Origin: a virus | Lineage: Duplodnaviria > Heunggongvirae > Uroviricota > Caudoviricetes | Virus record (IMG/VR): IMGVR_UViG_2648501149_000019 | Length of the DNA: 23,836 nt | Strand: one strand, 5' to 3' | In this document: in pieces, positions 15,826-22,493 of the stretch | How the letters are laid out: every line of letters begins with the position of its first letter | Numbering within the stretch: position 1 is the first letter of the stretch | Notes under the pieces: model-generated | Seen by the model: the letters and a program-made list of their open reading frames with translations, nothing else | Database searches by the model: none | Told to the model about the DNA's origin: nothing | Translations under genes and position numbers: made by a program

Positions 15826-15848
15826 GCTCGCTTTTGCGGGCCTTTTTT
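15826..15848 (+). terminator. Intrinsic terminator-like hairpin after the tRNA cluster
   Basis: GCTCGC-TTTT-GCGGGC (one G-U pair) followed by CTTTTTTG. Confidence 0.5.
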
Positions 15849-15980
15849 GTATCCGCGCCACGCCCGGCGCATACCAACCACAGAGCCTTTCGGGGGTGAG
15901 CTTACGGAGTGGTCAGTGTGACTTTCTCTGTGGGCAGATCGCTCCCGGGCGTTGGCTCCCCCACCCAAAGAAACGTCACG

Positions 15981-16399
15981 ATGTTTGGTATTTTTGGTAA
16001 AAAGGCCCGCAGAGCGGCAACGGAAATTAAAAAGTTTTAAAAACGCGATCTGGCACAGGCGGTGATTAACGCCGCATACCTGGTGGCTTGTGCAGGTGGT
16101 GAGTGAGGCTTCCGATCGAACAGGTACTGCGTAATCAGCCAGCGCTGTCCGCGTTTACGTCAGAAATTAATGCGATGAGCGCAACCATTATCGGTCAGCT
16201 GGATACGAACTTTAAAATTGGTCGTCGTGCGGCGTTACGTGAGATCGAGGATGTGAAACACGATACGCGTGAAGCGGAAGATGTGCTGGATGTGGCGGTG
16301 GCCATTGCGGAGGCAGAAGGCGAAATTGAGCCGGAAGAGCGCAAGGTGCTGGAAGAGATTGCCGGTGTTCTGGGTCTTCGTATGGATAATCACCTGTGA
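15981..16399 (+). pseudogene. TerB-like (tellurite-resistance TerB family) gene disrupted by a nonsense codon and a frameshift
   Basis: Frame 0 from ATG 15981 gives MFGIFGKKARRAATEIKKF, then TAA (16038-16040), then KRDLAQAVINAAYLVACAGGE, then TGA (16104-16106). The TerB-like continuation (RLPIEQVLRN...EINAMSATIIGQLDTNFKIGRRAALREIEDVKHDTREAEDVLDVAVAIAEAEGEIEPEERKVLEEIAGVLGL) is in the +2 frame (track ORF 16103..16399). Confidence 0.5.
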
Positions 16400-16563
16400 C
16401 GGTAAAACTGCGCCTGGTTGTGGCTGCACTCCTGCTGTTTCTGGTGGTGATGGTGGATTTCACCAGCAGAATCATGTCGGTGCTGGCGGATGGGGTGCTG
16501 GTCTGCGGCATTGTGGTATTGCTGTGGCCGGTGATAAAAAGAAACAGCATAAATAATGCTTGA
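16396..16563 (+). CDS. Small hydrophobic protein (55 aa), GTG start overlapping the preceding stop
   Basis: Manual translation VTVKLRLVVAALLLFLVVMVDFTSRIMSVLADGVLVCGIVVLLWPVIKRNSINNA. Two hydrophobic segments. No clear SD. Below the track length cutoff. Confidence 0.3.
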   Translation: MTVKLRLVVAALLLFLVVMVDFTSRIMSVLADGVLVCGIVVLLWPVIKRNSINNA

Positions 16564-16777
16564 TTTTTTTATTTACTGTTTATTAAAAACACTACTGCAT
16601 GGTGAATCCCCCTGTGCGGAGGGGCGACTGGTGTAGGTAGCATTTATTATGTTATAGGCAAGCCGACGCGGGTTCAGTGACACCGGCTGAATTCACCGGG
16701 AGGCACCCGGCACCATGCGCTGCAACAAAAGTGTTATTTCTGTTTTTCTCAAACTATCATCGTTATCCCTTTATTTC

Positions 16778-16806
16778 CGGCTGCGCATGGCGCGGCCTTT
16801 TTTTTA
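16778..16806 (+). terminator. Strong intrinsic terminator
   Basis: GGCTGCGC-ATG-GCGCGGCC hairpin (8 bp, one G-U pair) followed by 8 T. Confidence 0.6.
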
Positions 16807-17151
16807 CGACCAGCCACTGGCAGATGGTCATCCTGCGATTTGATTCCGGTTCCGGCTTTTTAACTCTGTTCCTGTACACGGGAGAAATTCGATGTCGATT
16901 AATCGTTATGATATTGGTTACAAGAAGTACCACGTATGGTGTTGAGATAAAAAGCCTGGTGCCAGAGGTAAATGCAGCAGCATAATAAAAAAAGAGCCAG
17001 CGCAGAAGAGAACGGGTAAAAGAGTCTGCGCTGGCGTGGGGATATTCCCCGTGGAGAAATGATATGTAACACACATCGGGAACCTTTCTATATAAACATT
17101 ATCATTATTGTCAATCATAACAGTCAGGTATTATGACGTTTATGCATCAGG

Positions 17152-17180
17152 GCCATCAGGAATTAACTGGTGGCTTTTTA
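17152..17180 (+). terminator. Terminator-like hairpin about 35 nt upstream of the holin start (candidate tR'-type element)
   Basis: GCCATCAG-GAATTAA-CTGGTGGC (8 bp, one G-U pair) followed by TTTTTATTGTTG. Confidence 0.45.
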
Positions 17181-17214
17181 TTGTTGTCAGCTTCCGGATA
17201 ACGGGAGACGGGGT

Positions 17215-17430
17215 ATGTACCAGATGGAAAAAATCACAACAGGTGTGTCATACACCACGTCAGCGGTGGGGACGGGATACTGGCTACTGCAGTTGCTGGA
17301 CAAAGTCTCCCCATCCCAGTGGGTGGCAATAGGTGTATTGGGTAGCCTGGTGTTTGGCCTGCTGACGTATCTGACAAACCTTTATTTCAAGATTAAAGAA
17401 GACAAGCGTAAGGCTGCACGGGGAGAGTAA
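17215..17430 (+). CDS. S: Class II pinholin, phage-21 S-type, with dual-start motif
   Basis: From memory, strong similarity to phage 21 S ('[40 protein letters not shown]'). Two TMDs. Starts MYQMEK, with Met1 and Met4 matching the S21 dual-start layout. SD 'GGAG' 8 nt upstream of ATG 17215. Confidence 0.85.
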   Translation: MYQMEKITTGVSYTTSAVGTGYWLLQLLDKVSPSQWVAIGVLGSLVFGLLTYLTNLYFKIKEDKRKAARGE

Positions 17431-17434
17431 TTCA

Positions 17435-17986
17435 ATGACTCAAAACTATGAACTGATTGTGAAAGGGATCCGCAATTTTGAGAATAAAGTTACGGTAACT
17501 TTAGCGTTACGGGACAAAAAACGCTTTGACGGTGAAATTTTTGACCTGGACATCTCGCTGGACCGTGTTGAAGGTGCCGCGCTGGAGTTTTATGAGGCAG
17601 CAGCCAGAAGGAGCATCAGACAGGTCTTCCTGGATGTTGCCGCCGGGTTATGTGAAGGGGGTGAGCAGTCGCCGGAAAAGCGCCCCATAATTTTAGAGGC
17701 GCAGAATGTGTGGATAACCTACAAAGGAAAGCTACCGGGAAGAATTACTGGTTCTCTGAAGACGCCACCGACGGCATTGCGGTCAGAAAAAGATGATATT
17801 GAATCGCCCATTGAAAAACTGGAGGGCAGAGTCGCTGATCTGAATAAAAAATTGTCGGTGCTGATCCCTTCTGAAGATGAAAAAAAACGCCGCGATGAGC
17901 AGTTTGCGGCGTTTTACGATTATTGCATTGAGGTTACTCGCAGGAATTTTGTGAAGATTTTTGAGGAGGGTAAATCTCTTCAGTAA
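17435..17986 (+). CDS. Hypothetical soluble protein (183 aa) inserted between holin and endolysin
   Basis: ATG 4 nt after the holin stop with SD 'GGGAGAG' 7 nt upstream. No TM segments. Charged C-terminal half. No recognisable domain. Confidence 0.65.
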   Translation: MTQNYELIVKGIRNFENKVTVTLALRDKKRFDGEIFDLDISLDRVEGAALEFYEAAARRSIRQVFLDVAAGLCEGGEQSPEKRPIILEAQNVWITYKGKLPGRITGSLKTPPTALRSEKDDIESPIEKLEGRVADLNKKLSVLIPSEDEKKRRDEQFAAFYDYCIEVTRRNFVKIFEEGKSLQ

Positions 17987-18194
17987 GCTTAATGGCGGAC
18001 GCTGCAATTAATTCTGGAAGGTCCGCAAGGTCATCTGTCAGTGGGAATGATGAAAAATCGGCGGCAGTTCTGTTAAGACGCGCTTTAACTAATTCCTTTT
18101 CTTTCTCCGGCAACAAGTTGATTAGAGCTACGACTGCTTGCCTGAGTGCGATTAAATCAGCAAAAGTTTGTTTTGGTAGATTTGTGTAATCCAT
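17934..18194 (-). CDS. Hypothetical acidic protein (86 aa), convergent with and overlapping the 3' end of the 183-aa gene
   Basis: Track ORF 17934..18200 (GTG). First ATG at 18194 (MDYTNLPKQ...). Weak SD. A GC palindrome lies upstream (18228-18252). Confidence 0.4.
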   Translation of the reverse strand: MDYTNLPKQTFADLIALRQAVVALINLLPEKEKELVKARLNRTAADFSSFPLTDDLADLPELIAASAIKLTEEIYPPQKSSQNSCE

Positions 18195-18306
18195 AGTCAC
18201 TCTGTGTTTATCAGATTGACATCCTCCTCCCGCCAGTGCCCATCACTGGCGAGGTAAGATTTAACATATCCGGGGATTTGAAGCCGATAAATCCTGATAA
18301 ATATCC

Positions 18307-18840
18307 ATGAGCGCAAAAATCAAATATGGCCTGTCGGCTGCCGTTCTGGCACTGATTGCCGTCGGTGCGCCTGCGCCTGACATTCTTGACCAGTTTCTGA
18401 ATGAAAAGGAAGGTAACCATACCACGGCATACCGCGATGGTTCCGGCATCTGGACCATCTGTCGGGGGGCCACGATGGTGGATGGAAAACCCGTTTTTCC
18501 CGGTATGAAACTGTCGAAGGAAAAATGCGACCAGGTTAACGCTATTGAACGTGATAAGGCGCTGGCATGGGTGGAGCGCAATATTAAAGTACCACTGACC
18601 GAATCACAGAAAGCGGGTATAGCGTCATTTTGTCCCTATAACATTGGCCCCGGTAAGTGTTTCCCGTCGACGTTTTATAAGCGGCTGAATGCCGGTGATC
18701 GTAAGGGTGCATGCGAGGCGATTCGCTGGTGGATAAAAGATGGTGGGCGCGATTGCCGCATACGTTCAAATAACTGCTATGGACAGGTTATTCGTCGTGA
18801 CCAGGAAAGCGCATTAGCCTGTTGGGGGATAGCTCAGTGA
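18307..18840 (+). CDS. R: SAR endolysin (phage lysozyme, T4-lysozyme-like/GH24, R21-type)
   Basis: 177-aa ORF. N-terminal signal-anchor-release segment '[18 protein letters not shown]'. Catalytic Glu-Asp-Thr pattern in '[22 protein letters not shown]'. Follows a pinholin. Confidence 0.9.
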   Translation: MSAKIKYGLSAAVLALIAVGAPAPDILDQFLNEKEGNHTTAYRDGSGIWTICRGATMVDGKPVFPGMKLSKEKCDQVNAIERDKALAWVERNIKVPLTESQKAGIASFCPYNIGPGKCFPSTFYKRLNAGDRKGACEAIRWWIKDGGRDCRIRSNNCYGQVIRRDQESALACWGIAQ

Positions 18841-19301
18841 GCAGAGTCGCTGCGATTATTTATGCTCTGGTTATCTGCATAATCGTCTGCCTGTCGTGGG
18901 CGGTCAATCATTACCGTGATAACGCCATCGCCTACAAAGAACAGCGTGATAAAAAAGTCAGTGAGCTGAAGCAGGCGACCGCCACCATTACTGACATGCA
19001 GCGGCGCCAGCGCGATGTTGCTGCACTGGATGAAAAATACTCAAGGGAGTTAGCTGATGCAAAAGCTGAAAATGATGCTCTGCGTGATGATATTGCCGCT
19101 GGTCGTCGTCGGTTGCGCATCAGAGCAGTCTGTCAGGCCGGACGTGAAGCCACCGCCGCCCCCGGCGTGGGTAATGCAGCCGCCCCCCGACTGGCAGACA
19201 CCGCTGAACGGGATTATTTCACTCTCAGAGAGCGGCTGATAATAATGCAAAAACAACTGGAAGGGGCACAGCTATACATTCGTGAGCAATGCCTCAGATA
19301 A
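18837..19301 (+). CDS. Rz: Rz i-spanin
   Basis: GTG start overlapping the endolysin stop (GTGA). N-terminal TM '[17 protein letters not shown]', coiled-coil periplasmic domain. From memory, strong similarity to E. coli prophage Rz proteins. Confidence 0.85.
   Translation: MSRVAAIIYALVICIIVCLSWAVNHYRDNAIAYKEQRDKKVSELKQATATITDMQRRQRDVAALDEKYSRELADAKAENDALRDDIAAGRRRLRIRAVCQAGREATAAPGVGNAAAPRLADTAERDYFTLRERLIIMQKQLEGAQLYIREQCLR
19057..19239 (+). CDS. Rz1: Rz1 o-spanin (outer-membrane lipoprotein) embedded in Rz in the +1 frame
   Basis: 60-aa ORF wholly inside Rz. Lipoprotein signal with lipobox 'VVVGC'. Pro-rich mature region (PPPPPAW...PPPDW). SD 'GGGAG' 7 nt upstream. Confidence 0.8.
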   Translation: MQKLKMMLCVMILPLVVVGCASEQSVRPDVKPPPPPAWVMQPPPDWQTPLNGIISLSESG

Positions 19302-19489
19302 AAACCGGCCAAGGATAATCCGCTGAAGATTCGCCGGTGGCACAAGAGAGCCAAGAGTTCAGCTTAGGCCATTACTCCTGTCGATGCAATGCACCGTCTG
19401 TGTGACGCCAGTGGATGCCTGATTTATTTCTGTGTTCTGTATCAGACGCTCGTTCATGGCTGCCTGGCTGACGGGTCCTCCCGGTGGGG

Positions 19490-19600
19490 TGGCCTGCCAC
19501 GGGGCGGGAGCGTCGCGGAAAAAGGCTAGTTTTTGAAATTTTATTCGTCATCACCACCACTGTAACTTATTGATATTAAAGTAGTTTTATTTTTATGGTG
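19490..19600. other. Lambda-like cos site (cosN about 19502-19513 plus cosB-like region)
   Basis: 'ACGGGGCGGGAGCGTCGCGG...TTTTTGAAATTTT...TTCGTCAT...AACTTATTG...TTTTATTTT' parallels the lambda left end 'ACGGGGCGGCGACCTCGCGGG...TTTATGAAAATTTT...TTCGTCAT...AACTTAATG...TTTTTATTT' from memory. cosN lies about 186 bp upstream of the terS ATG, against about 190 bp in lambda. Confidence 0.6.
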
Positions 19601-19687
19601 TCGATTTTGATTGTTTTTTGTTCACCACTAACACCGTTTGCCTAAAGTTGTTCGCAAGATGCATGTTTAAAACATTCTGGAGCGGGT

Positions 19688-20182
19688 ATGGATCAAGAGT
19701 TAAAAAATCTGACGCTGAATATCAGTCAACTGGCGGCACTGTCAGGTGTACATCGCCAGACTGCTGCGGCAAGGCTGCAAAATCTACCCGTTGCAGGGGG
19801 GCATGAAAGCAACCTCAAGCTTTATCGGGTGGTTGATATTGTGTCGGCATTTCTGGCATTACCACCGCCGGTTGCAGAAGGCGAAATGGACGCGCATGAG
19901 CGCAAAGCCTGGTATCAGTCTGAACGTGAGCGTCTTAAGTTCGAGCAGGAAACGGCACAACTCATTCCGGCCAGTGATGTCAGACGGGAGTTTGCCATCT
20001 GGGCAAAAGCGGTCGTGCAGGTGCTGGAGACATTACCGGATATTCTGGAACGTGACTGCGGTCTGCAGCCTGCCGCTGTGAGCCGTGTTCAGTCCATTAT
20101 TGATGATCTGCGCGATCAGATAGCCCTGCGGGTGACTGAAGCAGGTGCGGATGATGAGGAGGAATTACAGCAGGAGGAGTAA
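19688..20182 (+). CDS. nu1: Terminase small subunit (lambda Nu1-like)
   Basis: 164-aa ORF directly after the cos-like site. N-terminal HTH-like 'LNISQLAALSGVHRQTAAARLQN'. Acidic C-terminus. SD 'GGAGCGGGT' upstream. Followed with a 1-nt overlap by the large terminase. Confidence 0.75.
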   Translation: MDQELKNLTLNISQLAALSGVHRQTAAARLQNLPVAGGHESNLKLYRVVDIVSAFLALPPPVAEGEMDAHERKAWYQSERERLKFEQETAQLIPASDVRREFAIWAKAVVQVLETLPDILERDCGLQPAAVSRVQSIIDDLRDQIALRVTEAGADDEEELQQEE

Positions 20183-22284
20183 TGCTGAATCAGGAAACCG
20201 CAAAGGCAGCACGAACCGATTCAGGTTATATCCTTCGCGCACCGAGACGAATGCGGGTTGCTGATGCCGTTGCTCAGTATATGCGGGTGCCCATGGGGGC
20301 AGGGAACTCAGTCCCGTGGGATCCGCTGGTGGCACCGTATGTTATTGAGCCGATGAACTGCCTGGCCTCGCGTGAATACGACGCAGTGATATTTGTTGGC
20401 CCGGCACGAACCGGCAAGACTATCGGCCTGATTGACGGCTGGGTGATTTACAACGTGATTTGCGATCCTGCGGATATGCTGATCATTCAGATGACGGAGG
20501 AAAAAGCCCGCGAACACTCCAAAAAACGACTCGCCAGAACGTTTCGCGTCAGCCCGGAAGTGGTCAGTCGCCTGAGTCCGAACAAAAATGACAACAACGT
20601 TTATGACAGAACATTCCTTGCTGGCAACTACCTGAAAATCGGCTGGCCGTCAGTCAATATCATGTCTTCATCAGATTATAAATGCGTGGCGCTGACGGAT
20701 TATGACCGTTTTCCGGAAGATATTGATGGTGAGGGGGATGCCTTCTCTCTTGCCTCAAAACGTACCACCACATTTATGTCCAGTGGTATGACGCTGGTGG
20801 AGAGTTCCCCCGGCAGGGATGTGAAGGATGTGAAATGGCGACGGACTTCACCGCATGAGGCTCCACCAACCACGGGGATACTGTCGCTCTATAACCGTGG
20901 CGATCGCCGTCGCTGGTACTGGCCCTGTCCACACTGTGGTGAGTATTTTCAGCCCTGCGGCGATGTGGTTGCTGGTTTCCGTGATATTGCCGATCCTGTG
21001 CTGGCAAGTGAGGCGGCTTATATTCAGTGTCCTTCCTGTTCAGGACGGATTTTGCCTGAACAAAAACGCGAGCTGAACGGACGTGGGGTCTGGTTACGGG
21101 ATGGTGAATCCATCAATGCAGATGGCAGTCGTTATGGTGATCCCCGGCGTTCACGTATTGCGTCATTCTGGATGGAGGGTCCGGCAGCTGCTTATCAGAC
21201 ACTCTCGCAACTCGTTTACAAACTGCTTACTGCAGAACAGGAATACGAGACAACCGGAAGTGAAGAAACACTCAGGGCGGTTATCAATACCGACTGGGGA
21301 TTACCTTATCTTCCCCGCGCCAGCATGGAGCAACGAAAAAGTGAACTGCTTGAGCAGCGGGCAGAGCCAGTTCCTTCCCGCAGTGTGCCGGATGGCGTTA
21401 ATTTCCTGGTGGCGACAGTTGATGTGCAGGCGGGACGTCATCGCCGTTTTGTGGTTCAGGTAACGGGCTATGGCAGCCGTGGCGAACGCTGGATTATTGA
21501 TCGTTACAACATCACGCAGTCATTGCGCGGTGACAGCGACGGGGAGAGCCAGCGGATTGATCCGGCCAGCTATCCGGAAGACTGGGATGTCCTGCTGACG
21601 GATGTTTTTCATAAAAACTGGCCGCTGGCCTCCGATCCTTCTCAACAAATGCGACTGATGGCAATGGCGGTGGACTCCGGCGGTGAAGACGGGGTCACTG
21701 ATAATGCCTATAAATTCTGGCGTCGTTGCCGTCGTGATGGCCTTGGTAAACGTATTTACCTGTTTAAGGGCGACAGCATCCGGCGCGCAAAACTGATCAC
21801 CCGTACATTCCCTGATAACACCGGACGAACGGGCCGACGGGCGCAGGCCGCAGGTGATGTGCCGCTCTGGCTTCTTCAGACGGATGCCCTGAAAGACCGG
21901 GTGAATAACGCGTTATGGCGTGACTCGCCAGGTCCCGGCTATGTGCATTTCCCTGACTGGCTGGGGAGCTGGTTTTACGACGAACTGACGTATGAAGAGC
22001 GGAGCAGCGACGGGAAATGGAGTAAGCCGGGTCGCGGTGCCAACGAAGCTTTTGACCTGATGGTGTATGCCGAGGCTCTGGTCATTCTGCATGGATACGA
22101 AAAGATTCGCTGGCCGGATGCACCGGAGTGGGCGAGCCGGGAAACCTGGCTGGAGTGTGTCCAGGACAGTACCGAACCGTCATCCTCACCGGAACCGGTA
22201 TCCACGCCTGTTAAAAAACAAAAACGGAAGAAAACAGTAACTGACGATGTTAACCCCTGGCTGACTTCCGGAGGATGGTTATGA
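20182..22284 (+). CDS. Terminase large subunit (lambda GpA-like)
   Basis: 700-aa ORF. Walker A 'VGPARTGKT'. Size and position match lambda A. SD 'GGAGGAG' upstream. Confidence 0.9.
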   Translation: MLNQETAKAARTDSGYILRAPRRMRVADAVAQYMRVPMGAGNSVPWDPLVAPYVIEPMNCLASREYDAVIFVGPARTGKTIGLIDGWVIYNVICDPADMLIIQMTEEKAREHSKKRLARTFRVSPEVVSRLSPNKNDNNVYDRTFLAGNYLKIGWPSVNIMSSSDYKCVALTDYDRFPEDIDGEGDAFSLASKRTTTFMSSGMTLVESSPGRDVKDVKWRRTSPHEAPPTTGILSLYNRGDRRRWYWPCPHCGEYFQPCGDVVAGFRDIADPVLASEAAYIQCPSCSGRILPEQKRELNGRGVWLRDGESINADGSRYGDPRRSRIASFWMEGPAAAYQTLSQLVYKLLTAEQEYETTGSEETLRAVINTDWGLPYLPRASMEQRKSELLEQRAEPVPSRSVPDGVNFLVATVDVQAGRHRRFVVQVTGYGSRGERWIIDRYNITQSLRGDSDGESQRIDPASYPEDWDVLLTDVFHKNWPLASDPSQQMRLMAMAVDSGGEDGVTDNAYKFWRRCRRDGLGKRIYLFKGDSIRRAKLITRTFPDNTGRTGRRAQAAGDVPLWLLQTDALKDRVNNALWRDSPGPGYVHFPDWLGSWFYDELTYEERSSDGKWSKPGRGANEAFDLMVYAEALVILHGYEKIRWPDAPEWASRETWLECVQDSTEPSSSPEPVSTPVKKQKRKKTVTDDVNPWLTSGGWL

Positions 22285-22493
22285 ACCAGAATGATATCGA
22301 AGCCATGATTCAGCGTTATATGGAAGCTGAAATGGCGGTGCTGGACGGAAAATCCGTCACCTTTAATGGTCAGCAGATGACCATGGAAAACTTATCTGAG
22401 ATCCGGCAGGGACGGCAGGAGTGGGAGCGCCGCCTTGCGGCTCTGATTACACGACGACGGGGGCATCCCGGGTACCGGCTGGCGAGGTTCTGA
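22281..22493 (+). CDS. Head-tail joining protein (lambda gpW-like)
   Basis: About 70-aa ORF between terminase and portal. C-terminal 'RRRGHPGY' parallels lambda W 'RRRGPAGF'. Start chosen at the second ATG (MNQNDIEAM...), 9 nt after 'GGAGGA'. Confidence 0.7.
   Translation: MNQNDIEAMIQRYMEAEMAVLDGKSVTFNGQQMTMENLSEIRQGRQEWERRLAALITRRRGHPGYRLARF

Noticed and set aside
15573-15968. 131-aa minus-strand ORF from the six-frame track
   Set aside because: It lies antisense across all three tRNA genes and the terminator after them. Its Arg/Ser/Gly-rich product is what a reverse-read tRNA cluster would give.
16677-16985. 102-aa plus-strand ORF
   Set aside because: It runs straight through the strong terminator at 16778-16806 and has no SD. 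Likely a chance ORF.
15811-17214. Shiga toxin (stxA/stxB) or other toxin genes between the tRNAs and the holin
   Set aside because: The architecture is Stx-phage-like, but the interval holds only the disrupted TerB-like frame, a small hydrophobic ORF, terminators and non-coding sequence. No ORF has the size or signal-peptide features of toxin A and B subunits.
19372-19560. 62-aa minus-strand ORF between Rz and the small terminase
   Set aside because: It overlaps the cos-like region (cosN about 19502-19513). The region is better explained as the non-coding packaging site, and no SD is apparent.
20308-21463. Short ORFs on both strands inside the large terminase gene
   Set aside because: They are nested in alternative frames of a 700-aa gene with clear Walker motifs. 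No independent start signals.
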